From a virus: a stretch of DNA of 64,000 bases. The translations under genes and the position numbers were made by a program. Location: positions 1 through 64,000 of IMG/VR virus record IMGVR_UViG_3300042868_005761. The stretch is one strand, 5' to 3'. Positions 1-8,793 of this stretch are shown one piece after another; the stretch's first letter is position 1; every line of letters starts with the position of its first letter. The notes below the pieces were generated by a model that had not been told where the DNA came from, searched no databases, and saw nothing but the letters and a program-made list of their open reading frames with translations.

Positions 1-126
1 GTGGGCTAAAAACGAATAGGTATAGGTACAGCCTCTATTTATATATATATTTTTTTTCGGAAAAGAGCGGGTACTTATACTCCTGGGCCCCTGTATTTAC
101 CCTACCCCTATTCGTTTTTAGCCCAC
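1..126. repeat. 20-bp perfect inverted repeat around an AT-rich core
   Basis: GTGGGCTAAAAACGAATAGG (1-20) is the exact reverse complement of 107-126; (TA)n and poly-T lie inside. Confidence 0.9.
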
Positions 127-234
127 CCCCTTTCAAGACCATGTACCAAGGGGTGAGGGTCTTTCCAACTCTCACCAACTGCTAGCATTCGCTAGCTGTG
201 GCCCATTGCCCCTACAAGGGCAGTAAGGAACGCC

Positions 235-2409
235 ATGTGCACGCTCGCACAAATCCTCACCCACATCACCAACACTATCATCAATTCCAAGCCTATGACT
301 AATAACACTCATAGCAACAGCAAGGTGACTATCATGACTAGCCTGATCAACGTTCTTTTCGATAGCAATAACCCCAGCTACCAGGCTGATAACGCGGAGG
401 ATGCCATGTATGTGAATGATTACAATGTCGACCTGTACATCAAGGGTGACTACGGTCACAGTACGGATACCGAGGAACAGCAGGTTGCTGATATGGAGGC
501 TGCGTTTGAGGCCGAGATTGATGCCCTGTACGAGGATGACAGCGAGATGCCTGTCATGAGCGCTGCTAGCATGGAGGCTATCATGGCCTTTGCTGCACAG
601 CAGGCTTGGGTTAAGAAGGATGTTAATAACGTCAATTCTGACGTTAATGAGGAGGATGTCATGAAGAACGAGGAGAATAACAACATGTTCAGTATCATGC
701 CTGTGTTGGCCCTTGCTAGTGCAAACATGACTCAGGAGAGAATCATGGTTCTTGTTGCGTTGGTTGCCATGATTGTGGCTATCATCGCTACATTTGTTGC
801 TATGTTCTGGTATGAGAAGAAGCAGAAGGCTAACAAGCTTGCTATTCTTAACCGTAAACAGCGTGCAGAGGAAGAGCAGGCGCGCATGCATGACGCCTTC
901 TACATGATGCAGCGTCGTGAGCGTAACATTGCATATGCGCGTCAGCAGGCGTTGAATGAGGCAGAGCGTATTGCTCAGCTTGAGCGTGACATTGCAGAGC
1001 GTGAGGCGTATCGCCTTGCTGCAGAGCGTGAACAAGAGCGGGAAGCTCAGCGACTTGCACGCAATGCCCAAGTTCTCCGTGAAATGGAAGAGAGACGCCT
1101 TGCAACCCTTAAGGCCCAGGCAGAACTCGGCTGTAAGCAAAGCGCAGAGGGCTTGAAGTACGACTACTTCATCCGCTCGATCGTGAACGCTGCCGATATT
1201 AACGCTCTGTGGGCAATGTTTGATAAGCAACTCAAGGAAGAGATTACTTTTGAGGCCTTTAATGAGGCTGAAAAGAATCTCGACGAGTCTGCGGACTACA
1301 GTTTCTTCTACAAGAATGCTAGCATTCAAGGCCTCCGTTCGTATTGGCTTATGTACGCTAACCTTGACAGCAAGCACCAGCAGGCTGCGGCTTATAGCTC
1401 GATGGCTCGCAAGTTCTCGGAGTTTGGGCGTCAGCTCGAAAAGGCCATGAGAAATAGCGAAAGTGAATACTACCACTTGTGCTGCCAAGCAAATTGGGAG
1501 ACTGGTTACAACTGGCAGGCTCTTCGTATTCTCACGAAAGCTGAGTGGCAAGCGGCAAAGTTGCTCATTGAGAAGAAGACCATCCAGTTCTTCAGCCGCT
1601 GGTGCTTGCCGTTTAATGACGCGGCAACGGGTGGTTTGCTCCTTGCTATGAGCAAAGACGCTGCTTTTGCGGACGAAATGCACGCAATGAAAGAGGATAG
1701 AGAGTTCTGGCATAACAGACAGATGAATGCAGAAAAAAGCCTCTGGAAGGCTGGTCAGTGGAAGACGTACCTTGCTCGCTATAACAAGGTCAAGGAGCTC
1801 AAGGAGGACTTGATGCCTATCTTTGCCTCTGAAGAAATTGCAACCTGTAAGCTTACAACTGACATTGTTGTTGGCTTTAACTTTGACAAGAAAGAATTTG
1901 AGAGCTGTGACGTGGCTAACACGGAGCAGATTGAAAAGATTCTTGCTGCTGGCTATGACCAGGTCCTTCGCATTCGTCGTACGGATGCAAAGGGCATCTG
2001 GGAAGAGTCCCAGCAGATCAACAGCAAGTACACCGGCAGGTTTTGCACAGGTAATGGCAATGTGCAGTCCGATGGTTACTACCAGAGCACGTTCCTTAAT
2101 GGCACGAATATTCCTTGGGTTGCCGACATCCAGATCAATGGTGAGTGGGATAACTTCGGCGTTATCCTTACAAACAGCATTGGTGTTGTCGACTTTGGTA
2201 TGGGCAATGACAACCGCAGCAAAAAGCACCGTCCCATTCTTGTTAACATGTTTGGCGACGCCGACCAGGCTACATCAAAGACGCCCGGTCAGCTTGAAGC
2301 CATAAAGATGTATAACACCTGGTTCATCCAGCGTGAGTTCAACATCAACCATGTTGTGGCGCAGATCAAGGCTAACCTTGCTGCCGCTGTCAACAGCGAC
2401 GTCTGGTAA
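235..2409 (+). CDS. hypothetical protein (acidic N-terminus, TM helix, coiled coil, C-terminal domain shared with 8793-10790)
   Basis: 724-aa ORF; AAGGA precedes the ATG; TM segment IMVLVALVAMIVAIIATFVAMFW; several alternative in-frame starts. Confidence 0.85.
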   Translation: MCTLAQILTHITNTIINSKPMTNNTHSNSKVTIMTSLINVLFDSNNPSYQADNAEDAMYVNDYNVDLYIKGDYGHSTDTEEQQVADMEAAFEAEIDALYEDDSEMPVMSAASMEAIMAFAAQQAWVKKDVNNVNSDVNEEDVMKNEENNNMFSIMPVLALASANMTQERIMVLVALVAMIVAIIATFVAMFWYEKKQKANKLAILNRKQRAEEEQARMHDAFYMMQRRERNIAYARQQALNEAERIAQLERDIAEREAYRLAAEREQEREAQRLARNAQVLREMEERRLATLKAQAELGCKQSAEGLKYDYFIRSIVNAADINALWAMFDKQLKEEITFEAFNEAEKNLDESADYSFFYKNASIQGLRSYWLMYANLDSKHQQAAAYSSMARKFSEFGRQLEKAMRNSESEYYHLCCQANWETGYNWQALRILTKAEWQAAKLLIEKKTIQFFSRWCLPFNDAATGGLLLAMSKDAAFADEMHAMKEDREFWHNRQMNAEKSLWKAGQWKTYLARYNKVKELKEDLMPIFASEEIATCKLTTDIVVGFNFDKKEFESCDVANTEQIEKILAAGYDQVLRIRRTDAKGIWEESQQINSKYTGRFCTGNGNVQSDGYYQSTFLNGTNIPWVADIQINGEWDNFGVILTNSIGVVDFGMGNDNRSKKHRPILVNMFGDADQATSKTPGQLEAIKMYNTWFIQREFNINHVVAQIKANLAAAVNSDVW

Positions 2410-2413
2410 TACG

Positions 2414-3163
2414 ATGAAAATCAACACCCTCAACACCAACAAGGTGAACGTCATGAATACGACTACTGAAGAAATCGCCGTTTCGGCTAAGATGGAGGAA
2501 ACCATGAAGACTATGCGTGTTATTCACTGGACTGCGCCTAACTTTGGCGACATCATTGCTAAGGATGGCGTTCCCGCAATGGAAGTCACCAATCACCTTC
2601 ACCCGGAAAGAAAGAAAGTGATGGGCACTTGGGCTGTTCCGGCAAATGCCAATCTGGATGCTTTCTGGGCTGGATACATCACCAAGAAGCACTCTTCGAG
2701 TGCTGTACAGGTAATTGCGGACGTTCCGATCTCGACTATCAAGGTCATGAAGGAAGGATTCCCGATTAAGTTCAATCTTGATTGTTGCGATGACCCTGTT
2801 ATCTTTCGTGAGCTTGCTGAGCTTATGATGGACAACGACAACGGCCTGATCTGCTCTGAAGGTATCAAGCATGAGTGGATTGTTGAGGTCAACTATGCAG
2901 TTGAAGTCTACAAGCCTGAAATTATGCTTGCACGAGAAATCAGAAAGTCTCCTCCTTTTCGCGACTGGAAGCCGACTGGACTTGACTGGGAAGGCGGTTG
3001 TCCTGCTTGTTCTCGCGTCGGTGAGTACCTGTTCGAAGCGTACGCCCAGCGCTTTGGTCTTTACAACGACTATAGCCTCGCTCACAACCGTTCCATTGGC
3101 ACAAAGGATGACAAGTTTGACTTTATCGACCTTTTTGCCTGCGAAATCGTGAAGGTGTACTAA
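2414..3163 (+). CDS. hypothetical protein
   Basis: ORF following the previous stop; SD-led ATGs at 2453 and 2504; CPAC motif. Confidence 0.8.
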   Translation: MKINTLNTNKVNVMNTTTEEIAVSAKMEETMKTMRVIHWTAPNFGDIIAKDGVPAMEVTNHLHPERKKVMGTWAVPANANLDAFWAGYITKKHSSSAVQVIADVPISTIKVMKEGFPIKFNLDCCDDPVIFRELAELMMDNDNGLICSEGIKHEWIVEVNYAVEVYKPEIMLAREIRKSPPFRDWKPTGLDWEGGCPACSRVGEYLFEAYAQRFGLYNDYSLAHNRSIGTKDDKFDFIDLFACEIVKVY

Positions 3164-4506
3164 TGAACAACATCGACAATTCTGTCGTCAACAAGGAGTC
3201 TGCTATGTCAATTGCATTCGTCATCTTTGCCATCCTGGCTATCATCACCGCTGTCTGGAAGGGGTCTGTCATGAACAAGTTCGTTGCCAACAAGGAGTCC
3301 GTTATGCTCGTCGTCAGCAAGAGGTCCATTGGGCTTGCGTTCAGCATTGTCTGCACTGCAGCTCTCTTCATTCCCTACGCCCTTGTGGCTACGTTCCAGG
3401 ACATGGTCGTGTGCACTCTCGCACTCGCCCCCTTGGCATTCACTGCCATTGATATCCTCATCCACGTTGAGTACCATGACGAGGTGCGCAGCATTGCACT
3501 TGCATACAATGCTCTCAAGGGTCTTCCTGCTTACGAGGCAAAAGTGAAAGCTAACTATGCGGAAATGATGGCAAAGATTGCAACCTTCCTTCTCCTCGTA
3601 ATCACTACAGCTTGCAGCACCGACGCTAAGCCTGAAATGGATAATGCGCAGTCGACGGCTAATGCTGTTACTGATTATAAGCAGGTTGATAATACTCCTA
3701 AGGCCTATGGTCAGATTGAGACTCCTGTATACAAGGACGGTGAAGTTCTGTACGGCACCTGCAGCGCATGGAAATGGAACGGTAAAGTCTACACCATCCA
3801 GCACTGCAATGAATACCTGGAAGAGCATGGCAACACGGACCGCGTCCAACAGTCAACGGCCGATAACACTATCTCTGGTGACTTCTACAAGGAAGGTACA
3901 GAGTGCAGCCCTGATATCCGCTGGTGGGGCACAACCACCAATAAGTGGGTAACTATTCCTATGGAGCAAATCTTCAAGAAGACAAGAAACTATCTTGATG
4001 CTCCTTACGAAATGCAGCAAGAGCTTATTGACTCCAAGTATAAGGCTATTACTGCTCTTAACGATTACAAGTACGCGATCGAAGAGAACAGCATGAAGAC
4101 TGATAGCGATAATGCCAAGAAAGCAAAAGAGAAAGCACGGGCGGCTTTCAACAAGTTCTACAACCAGTTGAAGTACATCAAAGAGCACTACACGAGCCAG
4201 GAGTATCTCTGTGCTTCTTCTGTAGCTGAGGATAGCATTAAGAAGGGTGACTCTGGTGGCCCCATCATGCTTGGTGATGAAGTCATTGGTAGCGCCTCCT
4301 TCTTCGTTCGGACCGACAACCAGATGTTTGATGAGTTCTACACGGAAGCTCATAGTAACTATCCGGTCTCTTGCTTTGCTATGGTTGACAATAAGCCGGT
4401 TGCATCGCCGTTCATTGATGGGATGGCGTCAAGCTACTCGGATATCTTTAGCGATTACACGAATGTCTTTGACATCATTGAAGTGTTGGGGTGGACTCAT
4501 GAATAA
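3163..4506 (+). CDS. membrane-anchored trypsin-like serine protease
   Basis: GTCSAW..VYTIQHC (catalytic His) and GDSGGP (catalytic Ser); several N-terminal hydrophobic segments and lipobox-like ITTAC. Confidence 0.8.
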   Translation: MNNIDNSVVNKESAMSIAFVIFAILAIITAVWKGSVMNKFVANKESVMLVVSKRSIGLAFSIVCTAALFIPYALVATFQDMVVCTLALAPLAFTAIDILIHVEYHDEVRSIALAYNALKGLPAYEAKVKANYAEMMAKIATFLLLVITTACSTDAKPEMDNAQSTANAVTDYKQVDNTPKAYGQIETPVYKDGEVLYGTCSAWKWNGKVYTIQHCNEYLEEHGNTDRVQQSTADNTISGDFYKEGTECSPDIRWWGTTTNKWVTIPMEQIFKKTRNYLDAPYEMQQELIDSKYKAITALNDYKYAIEENSMKTDSDNAKKAKEKARAAFNKFYNQLKYIKEHYTSQEYLCASSVAEDSIKKGDSGGPIMLGDEVIGSASFFVRTDNQMFDEFYTEAHSNYPVSCFAMVDNKPVASPFIDGMASSYSDIFSDYTNVFDIIEVLGWTHE

Positions 4507-5644
4507 CGTTACTACTGTGAACTCGAACAACCCGAACGAGGAGAAGGTCATGGACAACTGGGAAGAAATGCAAGAGGCCGAGCTTAAGGCGTACCGTGAG
4601 AGGGAGGACAAGATGAAGAAGGCATACCGCCGCGAGAACATCCTGTTTGTGCTGGCAATGGTTGTAATCATTGCAATCTTTGCTGGTATCTTCACTCACG
4701 TTGTGCGTAAAAATGCGCGCTTCCATCGGGAAAAAGCTGCTGAGGCACGGAAGCAGGAAATCCGGCAGGCAGAGTGGGTTGCTAACAGCGACTATTACGA
4801 GGTTGTACAGCAGGTGGAAGAGTTTCTGGAAGAGAAGTACCGGGCAGAGAACAACAGCCACCCTGGAATTGGTGCTATCAACACGAGGGAAAAGGAAGGC
4901 CCCCTTGATGAGAGCGGGAACTGCACTGCATGGAAGTGGAAAGGTAAGATCTACACTGCAGAGCACTGCACACGTAACGGTTACCGTGAAAACGCTGGCG
5001 ATATCGTTGTGCCGGCTGACAAATACCCTAACGAAATCAAGGAAGATCTCTATGAGATTGGTCTTGAGTGCAGCACTGACTTCCGTTGGTGGGGTAAGAC
5101 CACAGACATGTGGGGTTATGTGCCTTTTGAGCAGGTCTTTGACCACATGAAAAAGGGTACGCCTAGCATGAAAGAGCAGAATGACATGAGATGGGCATTC
5201 GTCGATGCGAGAAACGCGCTTGAGGATGCAAGCCTGAAAAGCCCCGAGGTTATCTTCAAGAATCTCGTTGACACCTACAAGAGGTACATTGCAGGCGCTA
5301 GCAACCAACGCTTCATCTGTGCCGCTGCAGACAGCCTTGAAGTCTCTCCTGACCATGGCGACTCTGGTGGGCCTTTGATGGCAGGCGATGAGGTAATCGG
5401 CTTTGTATCTTACACGGAATGGCCTCAGCGCGAAACCCTTGGCACAGGTGTCGCTGAAGACTTTGAAGTCAAGTACAACGATGCCTTGTACGTTGGCACC
5501 ACTGACTGCTGGGGTAGCTTGGACCGCAGCAAGGATACGGTAAACCTGGCTTATGCCAAGCAAAACATGGAAAGGTACGAAGATCTCTATCAACAGTTCC
5601 TGCTTAAATACGGGCAGGAGACTATCAGCAACTGGGAGAAGTAA
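4499..5644 (+). CDS. membrane-anchored trypsin-like serine protease (paralog)
   Basis: GNCTAW..IYTAEHC and GDSGGP; single TM helix; alternative SD-led start at 4550. Confidence 0.8.
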   Translation: MNNVTTVNSNNPNEEKVMDNWEEMQEAELKAYREREDKMKKAYRRENILFVLAMVVIIAIFAGIFTHVVRKNARFHREKAAEARKQEIRQAEWVANSDYYEVVQQVEEFLEEKYRAENNSHPGIGAINTREKEGPLDESGNCTAWKWKGKIYTAEHCTRNGYRENAGDIVVPADKYPNEIKEDLYEIGLECSTDFRWWGKTTDMWGYVPFEQVFDHMKKGTPSMKEQNDMRWAFVDARNALEDASLKSPEVIFKNLVDTYKRYIAGASNQRFICAAADSLEVSPDHGDSGGPLMAGDEVIGFVSYTEWPQRETLGTGVAEDFEVKYNDALYVGTTDCWGSLDRSKDTVNLAYAKQNMERYEDLYQQFLLKYGQETISNWEK

Positions 5645-5645
5645 C

Positions 5646-5816
5646 ATGATTGTCATACTCTTTATCCTAATTTTCCTCCTTATTCAGGGGGAGATTACCG
5701 CCAAAGCTGCAGCTGAGGCTGATGCCAAGGCTGCTGCCAAGGCTGCTGCCAAGAAGGCAGTGGCTCGCCGTTTCCGTCACTCCCGCATCGGCCGCATTGG
5801 CCGGCGCATCCACTAG
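5646..5816 (+). CDS. small membrane protein with Ala/Lys/Arg-rich tail
   Basis: ATG one nt after the upstream stop; hydrophobic N-terminus. Confidence 0.6.
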   Translation: MIVILFILIFLLIQGEITAKAAAEADAKAAAKAAAKKAVARRFRHSRIGRIGRRIH

Positions 5817-6385
5817 TGTCTAAGGAGAACGTCATGAATAAAACTACTGAAGATAACGCCATTGTGGCTAACCTGGAGGATGACATGAAGACTGAAGCTT
5901 TTGTACCTTTCTTTCTTTTGCACAACGACGGGGCAGTCAGCCTGATTGAAACGTCTATTGCGGCTTCAGAGAGTGAGACTTTCATTCCTGCCATCGCATA
6001 CCCTCTTGGTCGCCGTCAAAAGATGACGACTTATCGGATTGACAAGTGGATTCGTCCCATGAAGACGGTTGTCATTGTCTCGGAAGGCAACATCATTGCT
6101 GCGACCGAAGAAGCAAACACACTTTCACACTGGATTGATGTGCGAATGGGCATCTTTCCTAGCCAGAGCTGGTTTCGTCGTACTGTGCTTTGGACGGCTG
6201 CTGAAGTTGCAAGTGCCAATCCTCGTCTCATTGCTCGCTGTGGCCGTCGCTGCGCTCTTCCTGACTTCAGCCAGGTGTCCGACTGTGGCATCAATGCTGA
6301 GGTTGTAAAGAAGGGGGACTACGATTGGACCGATAACGAGCTCACGAAGATCTGGGAGAAGATCTCTGAGAATGAGGGTTGCTAA
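5816..6385 (+). CDS. hypothetical protein
   Basis: 189-aa ORF; SD-led ATGs at 5834 and 5885. Confidence 0.75.
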   Translation: MSKENVMNKTTEDNAIVANLEDDMKTEAFVPFFLLHNDGAVSLIETSIAASESETFIPAIAYPLGRRQKMTTYRIDKWIRPMKTVVIVSEGNIIAATEEANTLSHWIDVRMGIFPSQSWFRRTVLWTAAEVASANPRLIARCGRRCALPDFSQVSDCGINAEVVKKGDYDWTDNELTKIWEKISENEGC

Positions 6386-6453
6386 TGAACACCATCCCCA
6401 AGTCGGGGACAACGTGTAAGTAATGAGTAAACGCCATTGACCCGGATAGATAA

Positions 6454-8793
6454 ATGGATGTATCCATGAAAACCGCTATTCCTCCTGTAGAGGATGTACC
6501 AAGGAATGCAATGAAAATTGACAGGTCTGTAAAAGAGGTTACTATGGGCAAGGTTTTCGTTGGCGATATTCACGCACGTCCCTGTCTCGTCACCTCTGCC
6601 ATTGAGATGGCAAACGGCAGGGACATTATCTTCCTCGGAGATATCTTCGATGGAGAAGGTGGGGCACAGGGCAGCAAGGATTGCCTTGACATCATCCGTG
6701 CCTCTGGTGCGGAGATGATTCTGGGTAACCATGAACTCTACCCGCTCTTCTTTGGCGATAGCCAGGAAGAGTTGGCGAAGGCCTGGGGGATTCATTATGA
6801 TCTCTCTCAGGATGATCAAGGCCGTATTTGGCGTGAGTGGCAGGAGCTTCGTGCTCTGCTCACTGAGGATGATATGGCCTGGTTGCGCTCTCGGCCTCTA
6901 TGGGTCAAGGGCAAGACCTGGACTGCTGTACACGCAAAGCTTCCAGATGGTAAGTTGCCACCTCGCTTTGTCAAAGGCAAACCGACTGCATCACAGATTG
7001 AGCTTCTTGATAACACTAATCCTGATAATTTCTGGGCTAGAAATTACAAGGGTTCGCACGGGTTGGCAATTGTTGGTCATACGCGCCGCTCCAAGATTCC
7101 TCAGGGACAATGCTCTTGGGATCATGTTCGTTTGATTGACTGGGATGCCAAAAAGGGTGGTCCTGGTTGTGTCTATTTCCTTGAGGAGGACAAGATGAGT
7201 GAGATTGTGAACCAGCCTGAACCAACACCCCCACCGCCACTGGAGACTACCATGGCATTTCGTATTGCCCTCGACGCATTTATCCGCCTGATTAGCCACG
7301 ATGTCAACGTTGCCGCAATGTGTGGCATCAGTGACACGGGCATCAATCCGTACTACAAGGAGAAGACTATGAAGAAGTCCCGCCCCCGTCCACCTAAGGA
7401 TCCCGTCATGCGTAAGTCCCGTCCTCCCCGTCCTCACAAGGATCCCGCCATGTCCAAAATGTCCCGCCGTCAAAAGCGCCGTCTCCTCCACCTCTGGCGC
7501 AAGCGTGCCGGCATCCGCTTCCACGGCGTGTCGGTCCCCCGCCCCGAGGTGCAGTTCATCTACACCGAGAGCTACAAGGTTGGGGGTGGCCGCAAGAGCG
7601 GTCACGTCGGCGGCTGGTCGATTGGCCTCATTGGTCAGCGCCAGAAGGAGAAGGCCACCGGCCCCGCCAACAACCGGCCCGGCACGGCTCTACGCAAGTT
7701 GCTCGCCAAGAAGGCGGCTCGCGCTAACCGCTATGTCCGACCCGTCACGGCGGTAAAGATCGAGGTCGTTCAGCGCAAGGCTAAGACCAAGCGCAACGAG
7801 CTCTCCACCCTTCGTGCACAGGCCAAGCCCTTCGTGGCAAAGCCTGTGGTCAAGAGCGCCGCAAAGCCCAAGGTCGTCCGCTTCGACGACTACCTTGATG
7901 CCACCCGCCTCGTCAAGGCGGCTTTCGGCCCTCGGTCGGCAAACACGGGGGTCAAGACCCTCGACAAGGCAGTTCGTACTGCACGTCGCGCTCTTGCCAA
8001 CTTCGGTGCTGCTTGGCGCAAGGCAAGAGCGCTCGATGCGATGGCCTTCACCTGGGCCGAGGAGAACCCCGCCCAGGTCGCATCGCAGAGCCTCGCTGCC
8101 AAGGCTGCGCGTCTCCAGGCTGAGGCCGAGGTGAAGTCGGCACGGGCTGCCGCACTCGCCAAGGTGGACGCCGAGAAGAAGGCCGTCAAGGCCAAGGTCA
8201 CGGCAATCCGCGCTGCCATCGCAAGCCGCAAGGCACAGGAGATCACCGAGGCTCGCGCTGCCAAGAGCGCCAAGGCGGCAACTCGGAAGGCCAAGGCTGC
8301 AAAGGCCAAGGCCAAGGTCAAGGCCATGATCAAGGGCAAGGCCGGTATCGCGACGATCACCACGGTTGCGCCGACTGCTAAGCCTGCAGCTGCCAAGGTC
8401 ATGGTTGTCATGACCAAGCCTGAGGCCGCTCCCAAGGCTGAGGTCAAGCCTGCCGTCAACGCACCTGCCAAGCCTGCTGCCAGCGCACCTGCCAAGCCCC
8501 GCCTCGGCACCGGCTGCAGCTTCGTGTCAATGCCCCACAACCTCCGGAAGGAGATCGCTGTGGTGAAGTTCGGTCGACCTGCTGCGCCTGCACGTGAGCA
8601 TGCCCAGGTGACCATGTCTGACCTCAAGGCTCTTGTCAAGTTCGGCAAGACCGTGCCTGTTGTCAAGGCCCCAGTTGTTCCTGCTGTGGTCATTGTCTCT
8701 GCAGAAGAGCAGGCTGCAATCAAAATTGTTGAAGCACTCTTTGGCCAGAATTTCTCTGCGCTTGAGAATGAGGGAATGGAGGTTAATCAGTAA
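6454..8793 (+). CDS. calcineurin-like metallophosphoesterase in frame with a Lys/Ala/Arg-rich histone-H1-like region
   Basis: GDIH, GDIFD, GNHE and GHT motifs (from 6544); basic, GC-rich low-complexity region from 7369 with its own SD. Confidence 0.8.
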   Translation: MDVSMKTAIPPVEDVPRNAMKIDRSVKEVTMGKVFVGDIHARPCLVTSAIEMANGRDIIFLGDIFDGEGGAQGSKDCLDIIRASGAEMILGNHELYPLFFGDSQEELAKAWGIHYDLSQDDQGRIWREWQELRALLTEDDMAWLRSRPLWVKGKTWTAVHAKLPDGKLPPRFVKGKPTASQIELLDNTNPDNFWARNYKGSHGLAIVGHTRRSKIPQGQCSWDHVRLIDWDAKKGGPGCVYFLEEDKMSEIVNQPEPTPPPPLETTMAFRIALDAFIRLISHDVNVAAMCGISDTGINPYYKEKTMKKSRPRPPKDPVMRKSRPPRPHKDPAMSKMSRRQKRRLLHLWRKRAGIRFHGVSVPRPEVQFIYTESYKVGGGRKSGHVGGWSIGLIGQRQKEKATGPANNRPGTALRKLLAKKAARANRYVRPVTAVKIEVVQRKAKTKRNELSTLRAQAKPFVAKPVVKSAAKPKVVRFDDYLDATRLVKAAFGPRSANTGVKTLDKAVRTARRALANFGAAWRKARALDAMAFTWAEENPAQVASQSLAAKAARLQAEAEVKSARAAALAKVDAEKKAVKAKVTAIRAAIASRKAQEITEARAAKSAKAATRKAKAAKAKAKVKAMIKGKAGIATITTVAPTAKPAAAKVMVVMTKPEAAPKAEVKPAVNAPAKPAASAPAKPRLGTGCSFVSMPHNLRKEIAVVKFGRPAAPAREHAQVTMSDLKALVKFGKTVPVVKAPVVPAVVIVSAEEQAAIKIVEALFGQNFSALENEGMEVNQ

